This document shows positions 1-9,250 of a stretch of 20,794 bases of DNA, piece after piece (positions within the stretch are counted from its first letter, which is position 1; each line of letters opens with the position of its first letter). The DNA comes from Trichinella spiralis (Eukaryota). Below the pieces are notes generated by a model that did no database searches, was not told the DNA's origin, and was given only the letters and a program-made list of their open reading frames with translations. Location of the stretch: positions 62,001 through 82,794 of the forward strand of contig NW_003526942.1 in the NCBI RefSeq assembly GCF_000181795.1, written 5' to 3'. The position numbers were made by a program, and so were the translations under genes.

Positions 1-2
1 GT

Positions 3-760
3 AAATTAGTGCCACTTGTGTATAGTTTAACCGTCCAAAAGGATCTCTCCACTTAACGTGAAATTTTCGATCATTTAATTTTAAAAGCGGTAACGTGGGG
101 GTGGTCCTTCAGCCGCAAACAGTAATTTGCGATTTTGAGACCGCGCTGATCCCTGCACTGCATGGGACATTTCCGGGGGTCCACATACAAGGGTGTTACT
201 TCTAATTCTGCCAAGCAGTTCTGCGGAAGGTGACGGATCTTGGGATGCAAATCAGCTACATCCATGAAGCGGCAACCAAGAAAAAAGTCAAAATGTTGCT
301 GGCAGCGGCTTTTTTGCCGCTTCATGATATACCTGCTGCCGTGGAACTGCTTGGCAGAGATGCTATTGGTTCAGTAGCAGTCTTGTTCAATTATTTCCGA
401 GTGGAATGGATGCCCCCTGACAGACTGCCGCTGTGGAATGTATATAATTTAAATATTTGCACGAACAATGATTTGGAAGGCTGGCACTTCAAAATGAACC
501 GATTTGCGGGGAAGCGACACATTGGCTTTTATGAACTGCTCCAGTTGCTGATCGACGAGCAGGGTTGAACGGAAACATTGAATCAGCAGGTAACATCAGG
601 ACGCGTCACCGCTAATGATTTGCACATCAAAAATAAAAAATATGAACAACTGCAGCAACGCATAACCGCGTTGACTGCAGAATATGATGGTGATACGCGT
701 ACAATGCAGCAGTTTTTAAGTGCTGTGGCTTACCTAGTACCCGAGGCGGAAAATTATTGA
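3..760 (+). pseudogene. Mutator-like (MULE) transposase pseudogene, C-terminal part (5' end lies outside the window)
   Basis: Manual translation gives KLVPLVYSLTVQKDLST*REIFDHLILKA, a frameshift near 90-100, then VVLQPQTVICDFETALIPALHGTFPGVHIQGCYF*FCQAVLRKVTDLG...WNVYNLNICTNNDLEGWHFKMNR...EQG*TETLNQQ...PEAENY*. This contains the MULE motifs DFE, CxF(H) and TNNxxEGWH. Stops lie at 54-56, 203-205 (replacing the His of CxFH) and 566-568. Confidence 0.9.
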
Positions 761-839
761 GTGCCAGTCTTTCCTGTACAACTGCATTGTTTATTTTTAT
801 TTACTCTGGTGCAGTTTTTATTGCTTTTCTATGATGATG

Positions 840-932
840 TTTTATTATATTGTTTGTTTGCATTGTATTGTACTGTATTGTTTTATATTATATTGTTGTT
901 TTGTATTACACTATGTTATACTTTGTACTGCT
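840..932 (+). repeat. Degenerate T-rich pentamer-like tract (TATTG/TGTAT variants) downstream of the MULE ORF
   Basis: Run of tattg/tgtat/tgtac/tgttt units, followed by AATAAA at ~934. Confidence 0.5.
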
Positions 933-1305
933 GAATAAACTGTTTAAGTACGATAGATCAGCAGATTCTGTGCTATCCAAAAATAAATTGTCTGATTAAT
1001 GTCTTCTCAAATAAATAAAACCATTACCTACACATTTAACTCTTATGTAAAATTCAGAACATTGCAATGAGTATGGAAACAAAAATACCGCCATATTCTT
1101 ACATAGGTGATATTTACATTAATACAATATAAAAAACGCCATTTTGCTCCAGTCTGTATTGTATTCTTTTTTTATTTTTTCATCGTAATTTCATTCTCTT
1201 ACTTTTCTCAATCTGAGAACAACAGAATTATTATAAAACAGTCAAAAGGATAAAAATAAAATTTGACAAATAAAATGCAGAGGAGTGACAACAAATGAAA
1301 TTTAA

Positions 1306-1376
1306 AGGCGCGCGTCTCTCGGGAGGCCGTACACTAGATCAACCGGTAGCCGGAGCTGTCTGTGTCCATACATTAA
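1306..1376 (-). pseudogene. Gypsy integrase fragment (end of the catalytic core)
   Basis: LMYGHRQLRLPVDLVYGLP resembles the Gypsy integrase motif (TP)xxLMYGRxLRLPxD. There is an abrupt GC shift at both edges. Confidence 0.75.
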
Positions 1377-1939
1377 GCAATAGCAAGATCGAGTCGTAAT
1401 CCAGATAGATACTATCACCAGAATTCTTGAAATAAACAAGACAGATTTCACGTGCCATAACAGACTCACAGCGACTAAAATTATTTGATCTTGATCGGGC
1501 ATTCATCATTATTATTCGTTGCAGTTTTTAACAATATAGACGTTTGTAATAAATATCAATCACTTCTGGCCACAATGAATCACTTTCAAACGTTACTGAA
1601 TTTTGATGCAGACTTTTTCCGTATGCGTTAGTGACGAAAATGACATCATTTAACGCCTGATGAAAAGCTTTTGATTTATCTTCCAAAAAATCCATTGAAT
1701 CAGTAGGAGGTGAATATCCAGCCATGTCCCTTGTCTTATTTCACCTGTAAGCTTCATTGTGCTTATCAATCGTATCTTATCAATCGTTAACTTTAACCAT
1801 CTGGGTATTTGATTTGCTTGCAACTCACCTTGGTGATACTTGTACCCAAAGGCTCCGAATAGCTGATTGAATTCTCATATCTGGGTAGGTTGGAGCAAGT
1901 CCTGAATTATGTGGAATTTGATAGTCGTCAGAAAATTAA
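1377..1939 (-). pseudogene. Decayed, intron-containing fragment of an unidentified gene lying between the Gypsy RT and integrase pieces
   Basis: Acceptor TTCTTTAG, exon 1939-1829, 84-bp intron (AG|GTGAGT...TTACAG; 1828-1745), exon 1744-1377. One spliced frame reads FSDDYQIPHNSGLAPTYPDMRIQSAIRSLWVQVSPR*NKTRDMAGYSPPTDSMDFLEDK...YKRLYC*KLQRIIMMNARS...YLDYDSILLLLN, with stops at 1938-1936, 1743-1741 and 1530-1528. Confidence 0.5.
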
Positions 1940-1983
1940 CTAAAGAACACATTAACGATTCTCAACTAACATAAAAATAACAG

Positions 1984-2123
1984 TTGATCTTCAGTCCCAC
2001 GGATTGAAGGCGGGACAGCACCCCTTCTAACCGCTCCAAAAGCTCCTCCTCTGTCTTCCCATAGACGACAATACCATCGAGGTAGACAAGGCATGTTTTC
2101 CACGTCAGTCCTCTTAGCGCAGT
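1984..2123 (-). pseudogene. Gypsy reverse-transcriptase fragment with a mutated YxDD motif
   Basis: A frame missing from the ORF track reads TALRGLTWKTCLVYLDGIVVYGKTEEELLERLEGVLSRLQSVGLKIN. YLDG at 2084-2073 stands in place of YLDD. Confidence 0.92.
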
Positions 2124-2470
2124 GATTCCCAAAGTGGGCGATATCGTTCCCTTGGGGGCGGTGGGAAGTAAGGGGGCACTTGGGGGGGGGGGCGCTTGAA
2201 CACAATGTTTTATGTTTTGTGTTTATATTCATATTTAAGAATATTTATTAATTATTTTGTGCTTAATGTGAAATGTGTCTTCTTCATCTTCTTCGTTCAT
2301 ATTTATATTTGCGGTGGTGGCTTGACTGCGCTCCTGATCGACATGAAGCGATTATGTATTAATTGTGGATGTGGAATTAATTAATTTGGCAGTTGTTGGT
2401 CCATGCAACTTTGTTAGTTGTTTTTATCTGAATAGCCTGGAAATCAGTCACCACACTGAAGTCACGTTCA
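2120..2470 (+). mobile_element. One end of a hAT (Buster/Charlie-type) DNA transposon; other end not found, right boundary approximate
   Basis: Begins CAGTGATTCCCAAAGTGGGCGATATCG with GGGGGCG-type subterminal motifs. The 8 bp before it (TCTTAGCG, 2112-2119) have TA at positions 4-5, the Buster target preference. No matching TIR or second TSD copy is seen. Confidence 0.65.
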
Positions 2471-2475
2471 ACTAA

Positions 2476-3979
2476 GTAGGCTCGTTCCTCCTAGGTCGGC
2501 CTCACCACACAAGATGGCCTTCCCGCACTTCCTGAGTATGCTGCGTAGAACCCGCCTACTCCGCGCGTAACACTCCGCTCCGTCCACTAGGGAACGTCCC
2601 CACTCTTCCAGATCGCCATCGCCCCTGTCTGGTTTCCCCTCCGTGGTTTTCCCAACTCCGGCTTCGCTGAAATTCGGTCTCACCAATGCGCAACCGATGC
2701 TACGTCGCTCATTTGGGACTGGCTCCCGCTCGATCTTGACTCCGTCATGGTCATCTCCCGGACTTGCTAGTCGATCACCTTGACGAACTGGTCGAAGAAG
2801 TTCGTACCCAAGATCCCCGGTACGACCAGACTCTCTACAACTGCGACGTGTATACGTCCTCTCCAGTTTCCGATCTGAAGCGACTACACTCCTTGGCCGC
2901 AGAGGCGCACCTTCCGCCAGTCATCTAGTAGGATGGAGCCTTTGGCAGCTCCAAAGGGCTCACCCCCGGTGGACTTGCGCCATGTTGGGAGCGGTACTAC
3001 GGAAACAACCGCCCCACTATTCAAAAGGAGGGAAATCTCCAGCAAATTTACATTACCTGTAACAGAAGGTGATTGTCCAGCTTGGAGTTCCGACATCGCC
3101 AGGAGACGACCATCACTGGTTCCGCTGCTCGAAGCACGCGCCGACCGGGTTCGGAACCGCAGCTGGGGACAGTCTCGTCGAATGTGGCCCAGGTCACCGC
3201 ACTCGAAGCACTCCATTGCTCTCCGTGTGGGTTGCAAGCGGGATGGCCGTTCCCGAGTCACCTCCATCTTGTCCAAGCGCTGGGCCAAAGCTTCCACAGT
3301 CTTGGCTAGGCCGCCGTTCCCCAAGCCAGTATCGTCGACTGCACTCCGTCGGCCTTCCTCGATTTCGGTTACTCTTTCTGCCCACTGGCGTGCCTTTCTG
3401 AGAGTCGCCGGCTCCCGCAGGCAGAGACCTCGATGGAGTTCTCTGGACGCCAGGACTAGGATGAAACGGCAGACCAATTCGCTCTCTGACTTCCCGGCTC
3501 TGCGTCCCACTTTGGCTACTTCGCGTGCGAAGTCTCGGATAGGCTGATCCTTTCGCTGCCGCAGCCACTGAAAGGCATTTCCAACCGGATCGGAGACTCG
3601 TTCCCGCCGTAGTCCTCCAGCAGGCGACGTTTGAGGTTCTGCCAGGAACTGTCCCGTGTTGACCCGGGCGGGAAGAGCTAACGTTGCACCGCTTCCGTCA
3701 TAAGCAGGCGAACGCTGGCGGCTTGGTGGGAGAGTGGCACATCGGAGACGAAGAAATAGGCTTCGACCGTGTCCAGCCACTCGTTCGGATTCATTTCTGG
3801 AGAAAAGGCTGGGGGTAGGCCGTAACAAGCACTTGTGGCTCCCCTCAACGCCATTTCCCGGACAAGCCCTCAATGTAACGAGCCGCTCCCTCGAGCAAGT
3901 TCGTTCGCTTCCTCCACCGTGTTTTCGGCGCGTTAGTCGCTGTTCAGCGACGAATTGGTATTGACCGGCGGGTTTCCAT
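2476..3979 (-). pseudogene. Gypsy gag (CCHC zinc knuckle) and aspartic protease pseudogene
   Basis: Probable start METRRS at 3979. The gag-like frame PPAFSPEMNPNEWLDTVEAYF...VQR*(3680-3678)LFPPG...WQNLKRRLLEDYG shifts near 3578 into LRQRKDQPIRDFAREV. CFECGDLGHIRRDC lies at 3210-3169, then protease LLNSGAVVSVV (D>N at 3021-3019), a stop at 2886-2884, ILGTNF, a stop at 2769-2767 and the pre-RT linker ...EADLGGTSL. Confidence 0.92.
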
Positions 3980-4509
3980 TTCTTTCTGATTCGCGCTTTC
4001 CTGATGGCATTGTAGCAATCAATCAACAGGCAGTAAGTATATTTTTTATTGGCAACCGCGAGCAAGAACCGACGAATGAAGAGCAAGAAATTTAAGAAAA
4101 AATCTGTAGCTCAAATGATTCGCCTCTGTACAAAAACCAGAACTGACGAGCAGTTGAATGATGATTTAAATAAAAAATGTTTAATATTAAACGATGAATT
4201 AGCTGAGCGTCAACAGTACTGATTTATTTTATTCATTGTCTTTCATTTCTGTATTATTTTGATTTTATACTTTTTATAATAATAATGTAAGCATTTGAAA
4301 CGACGTTCATATACTTCCTTTGATTATTCACTTTTTTTTAAATAAACAATATAAGTAAACAGAAAGATTTGAACGAAACAGTAGTGCCGTTTTTTATATG
4401 CTAGTATTTTTATTCTCAAAAGTGAACATTGATAAATGAAAATGCATCGAGTGTTTCTAGAAATACTGCTTTTCAACATTGATGTGCAAATCTGTCCTGG
4501 TGCGCTGAA

Positions 4510-7369
4510 TTATATTTGCAAGTAGAAATCACGTGACGCTTGTCCAGCTTTCTGCTCAGACGGATGATATTGGATGCCTATCAATGGATGTTCTGATGTC
4601 TGTGAAGGCAACGTTGACTCAGAATGAATCCAGTATTGGCAAGCATTTCCAATGCTGTCATTTACTAGAGAGGCGCAGGTCAAATCGATAACTTCATTTT
4701 TTATAGGAGGAATGTACGGAAAGCGGTTTTGCGCTTGTTCCCAAATTTCTGGTCGACTTGTTAATTGTGCTTCTAAAAGCGCAATCCAATAAAATGAATC
4801 GGATATGACTAATCTGACATGTTAATCTGTTGACATGACATGTTTATTTGACAAAACATGACCGCAGATTAATAATAAAAAGTTTATTTTTAAATCAAAA
4901 GTTTAATTTTACTGAAGCGTTTTGTTATCATCATACTGCTATTTACATTTTTCATATATGATTTTTGAAAAAAAAGATGTCGAAAAATTAAAATTTGGAG
5001 AATTAATTTTAAATTATTTTTACCAGTATTTCCAACGACAATCGATTCAGTTGAAGTTAATGTTTGCTCTAGTTTGCTCGATTCAGAACTTTCGGCAGTC
5101 TCGTAACTTTCTTGACTTTGCACAATGGCCGCATGCTGTTTGTGCAGTTGCCACTGACGACGTAAATATAATTTTCTTAAACAAATTCAAGTTTAATGTT
5201 TCATTTTTATGCAAATGATTTTGTGCTTTCAATTATTACCTTAACTTTTGCCGTTTTGCATGCAATGTCAGCGGTGTGCTGTTGAGCGTTGGTAGACATG
5301 GAGTCCAAGAAAATTCATCACACGCGGAAAGTTCAGTGTTGGATTCAAAAGACGTTGTACAGGTGGTTGAAGAAGAGGAACTTTTTTTATCATTTTCTGT
5401 TCGACAAAACATTTTATCTTTGGCCGGCATATTGTGATTCAAGCTGTGCAACTGCTTTATTAATGAACATCTCAGTTCCCAGAGTTTGTTGTTGCATTCA
5501 GATTCCATTTTTCCGGCTAAATCTTCTGTCAATGGTCTGGCAATTCTAGTCCTGAAATTAGCCTCAAAATTATCCCATTTTTCATATGCTGGTGAATTGA
5601 ACAACAGTCTAGGCGGATTTGCTTTGTTCAGCTGCTGTCGGCCGAAGCAAAATGACTGATGTATCGGTTTGGAAGTTGTCGTAGTACCATAGTCGATTTC
5701 CAAACTTCTCGCCTGTCTTGTTGGTATGTATGGTTTGCAATGGTCATCGAGTAATTCAAAACTTTTAATAACTCTGCCTCCCTGCTCAGCCCAAGCACTT
5801 TGGTGATTGTTGCATAAGTTTGGCTGCGGTGCACGTTTTAGTATGTTTTGACGCTTTTTACGGTCGACGTATATTTTACGCGGTTGCTGTTCAACCCAAT
5901 CTGAAGCGATGAGACTATCATTTTCAGAAAATTGATCTGCTAATAAATCTTCATTATTTTTTTCAACTGGTAGTACAGGTGCAGTAGAACAAGCCCTATT
6001 GACTTTAGATTGACTAATGCATTTTTGCAACTCAGTGCCATTTTTCAACATTTTGCTATTTGATTTATCTTTGAATGATAATGTGTTTTGAAATATGGTC
6101 AATCTTGACTGAGGGGAATGCAATGCTTGTCGGCATTGAAAATGATTAAATTCATTGCAGTGTTGCTGCAAAACTTCAGACGTCTCTTCTTCAACTGTCG
6201 TTTGATTATCTGGATGGGCAATTTTGATATGCTTTTCAGAACTGGATTTTCCTTTCGGACAAAATTCCTGTAATGAATGCGTATATTGAATTTTAAAGTT
6301 ATATTTGTCATTTTCTAAATTTAATAAAATATAAATCACTTCTTTAACCTGGAATCACTTACGGCAACATTTCTGGAAGTCTCTATCACCATCAGATTAC
6401 CACTGCATGGCTTGTTTTTATATTGCTGCTCATTTCCTTTGCTTTTTCTACTTTGACTTTCAGTTGCATATTCAAAAAGTCTGTTATTCAATCTGCTTCT
6501 TTTTGCTGGAGAACTTTTCTCACTGTAACATGTTCGATAGTAACATCTATTTTCATTTCTGAAACAATGCAAAATGGAACATAATGAACATAGGCATATA
6601 AATTTCATCATCATTATTTACTGATTGTGATTAAAAGGAAAATGACTAAAGGCAGAAAATTTTAGTTCCACGGTAAAGAACATCTTAGTACAATGTCTTA
6701 TGAGGGTTTCATGTTTTTAGATTTTGTGATTTAGGATAAAGCTCCTTTCGTGACAAGAAATTCTGTTTTTCATAAAAATCTTTTTCACAATACAAAATTT
6801 GGTAACTATATCAGTTTAAGTGATAGACTTTTACTACTGCAACAGAAGCAAAAACTAAATATCAAAAACTGCATGATTGCATTTTTTATTTTATAATTTT
6901 ATTTTTAATGATACTAGTACTAGCAATTAGCTAAATCAAAATTTTGCTCACAGTTTGCTATCTTGCTGCGGTTTAAAACATTGCTTGCAAAATATTAAAC
7001 AGAGTATTACAAGCATCAGACCACCAATTACACCGCATACTAGCATGGCGATTGCTATAAACGGTTTTGTTCCATCGTCAGTTTCCTAAAATATAGCACT
7101 TGGGTTTTTTGAAAAACTATTCATAAAGCATTGTTCAGTGCTGATCAATTTTTCAGAGCAATGTTCAGTTCAGCAGTGAATAAATAATTAAATATAAAAG
7201 ACGAATAATAATTAATAGCAAAATTGAGCATGCATAAGATGAATATGAGAGATTCATTTGAAAAAGAAAAAGAATCGAATATTATTAAAAGTATTGCTTG
7301 TTTAATTTATATATTTTGTTTAATCTAATGTTTATAGCATTCCAATAAACTGCTTACCGATTCCATCAT
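4510..7369 (-). CDS. Uncharacterised single-pass membrane protein, ~594 aa (coding exons 7369-7358, 7085-6952, 6558-6363, 6267-5240, 5175-5024, 4772-4510)
   Basis: All junctions are GT..AG and phase-consistent (0,2,0,2,1), totalling 1785 nt = 594 aa + TAA. N-terminus MMESETDDGTKP, hydrophobic FIAIAMLVCGVIGGLMLVILCLIF, then CKQC and a Ser/Gln/Lys-rich tail ending ...DFYLQI*. The last four exons are well supported by long open frames; their linkage to the TM exon is inferred from phase. No domain recognised. Confidence 0.72.
6806..7369 (-). CDS. Possible 58-aa membrane micropeptide isoform (exons 7369-7358, 7085-6952, 6836-6806)
   Basis: A strong acceptor, TTTTTGCTTCTGTTGCAG (AG at 6838-6837), lies only 115 bp after the TM-exon donor. 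Using it gives MMESETDDGTKPFIAIAMLVCGVIGGLMLVILCLIFCKQCFKPQQDSKLSKSLSLKLI* (177 nt). Confidence 0.45.
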
Positions 7370-8256
7370 GGAAAATGTTCGATATTTTATTATACCGCTA
7401 CTGTTTTAAGTGTTGTTTTTCCAAGCAGCAAATTTTTATTATCTGAAACAATGACACTTTTATTATAAAATATGCATCATTTAATCAAATTATTGTTGCT
7501 ATTGTAATTAAGTAAAATTTCCATCATCCAAAGTGGAAATTTTTATAATTTTGTTTTGCTGACGTTTCAATTAATAAAAGTCACTAGTCAGTAAAAAAGT
7601 AAAATTAGCATAATCCATCATCACACCTTTTGAATCCAAGTAATGTAAAACGTTTTAACGGCATTTAGAAGAAAAGTTTTGCAAAAAGGTTTAATTTTCA
7701 AAAAATGGACTTTATATTATTTGCAGTAAATAAGGATTGTGCTACAATTTTTTAGGCAAAATTATGAAGGTCACTTTAGAAATTAGAAGAAATAAATAGA
7801 TTTGAATATATTTTAAATGAAATAAAGATTTAAAAAAATAAAAACTTAATCATAAAATGTAAAATTATTGTGGAAAAGCGAATACTCTATTATTATGATG
7901 ATTATTATTAGTAGTTGTTGTTGTTGCTGTATTTTATGTTTAAATCATATGCAATTCACTTTATTTGAATAAGTGTATTAAAATTGTGAAAATTCAAGAC
8001 GGATTTTTTAATGAACAGTTTGTCTAATAAAAATTATAAAATTAATGGAACATTAGCAAAAAAGAAATAAAAAAATGCGATAAATTTTAAGAAAGTGTTT
8101 TAAATTTTTTGTTTGAAGTATGCAAATGATGTGGCTATAAAATAAAAATATATAATATAAAATAAACATAAAATAAAAAAATTAAACAAATAATGAAAAG
8201 GAACGAAAGGAAGAGAGAGAAAGAGAGAGGGGAGGACATATGGAAGAAATTCTTAC

Positions 8257-8353
8257 CAGATTCTTACTGGATAAAGGGCGAAAAGGAGCGAAGAAGAATA
8301 GAAAATGTTGCTGTTGCTGTTCCAAACAAAAATGGCAGGTTTTCCATTTCCAT
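8257..8353 (-). other. Candidate upstream exon (5' UTR or signal-peptide-like) of the minus-strand gene
   Basis: Two GTAAGAAT donors 11 bp apart (exon ends 8268 and 8257) are preceded by an ATG at 8353 reading MEMENLPFLFGTATATFSILLRSFSPFI. An acceptor TGTTTCAG at 7444-7443 suggests an upstream exon or a trans-splice site. Confidence 0.3.
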
Positions 8354-9250
8354 GATTTGTGCTTTGATTTTTCCATTTGGTCATGCTGGGAAGGTTGTTT
8401 GTTCATGCTTTCATACAAATGCCTAGTTCATTCATTATCAATTGTCATTTAATCAATTAGTTGTCAGTCGTCAACCATGAAATCAGTTGATGTTGTGGGG
8501 TGAAGATTTCATTTTCAAAAAGCGCTGCTTTGAAAACTGACAATAAAATTGTTTCAAAATTATTATAAAATGAAATTAGCTGTCCGTAGAAATTTCTTCC
8601 CAGATGCTTGATTAGATGGTGGATCGATAGCATCAAATTGTCGCAATCAATCAATCAATTATTTATTTATTTGTACATTATTAGAAAAAAAATGAAAAGA
8701 ATTTTGAATTGCTGCACAAATTGACTATAGTTTGTGCAAAAAAATGAAAGGATAAAGTTGAATTTTTTCAAGCAATCAGTCATGTCGACAGTTAGTTGTT
8801 TGTTTGTTTCTTTGAAAAACGATCATTCTTGAAATTAAATAATTTTCATAGATTCACATTGCTGCTGGTTTTGCTGATACACTTGAAAGTGGAAACGCAA
8901 CGCAATCTCATCTTCAGGGTTAATTTCTACATATGAGTGACATTTTTGCATAATTAGCCATGTAACTTTGTTTTATTTAACTTCTACATTCTTGAAAATG
9001 AATGACAGAATATTATTCATTAACTTTATTCATTAATTAATTATATTGGTGATTAAAATGTGTTGATGAAATGCAAATTTTTCTAAAAGCTGATGCTTTT
9101 TGAAACACTCAATTCAAATTTTAGTTCAATTCCGCTCGTAAAGATTAAACAAATAAAGCTGAATTAAAATGAATATTTGATTGATTGACATTTATTAAAT
9201 TTTGTTCCATTTATATTCAATTGGCACGAATTTTTCATTTATTTTTCTAT

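Larger units (their letters stand above)
1306..3979 (-). mobile_element. Fragmented Ty3/Gypsy LTR retrotransposon remnant (gag-protease, RT fragment, integrase fragment; no LTRs found)
   Basis: Three GC-richer minus-strand blocks occur in Gypsy order (gag-PR, RT, then INT) at 3979-2476, 2123-1984 and 1376-1306. They are separated by unrelated AT-rich sequence. Confidence 0.9.

Noticed and set aside
2933..3964. Plus-strand ORFs of 204, 110, 78 and 76 aa
   Set aside because: Antisense shadows of GC-rich Gypsy sequence with no motifs.
2884..4086. 400-aa ORF as an intact or domesticated gag-protease gene
   Set aside because: Its N-terminal half is off-frame relative to the gag-like reading (frameshift near 3578), the protease Asp is mutated to Asn, and a stop interrupts the protease domain.
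3980..4250. 5' LTR or primer-binding site for the Gypsy element
   Set aside because: No TG..CA direct repeat pair, tRNA-complementary PBS or TSD identified at either end.
8193..8452. Plus-strand ORFs including CCCCC and KRERKRE stretches
   Set aside because: Explained by (GA)n and (TGC/TGT)n low-complexity sequence; splice signals here favour the minus strand.
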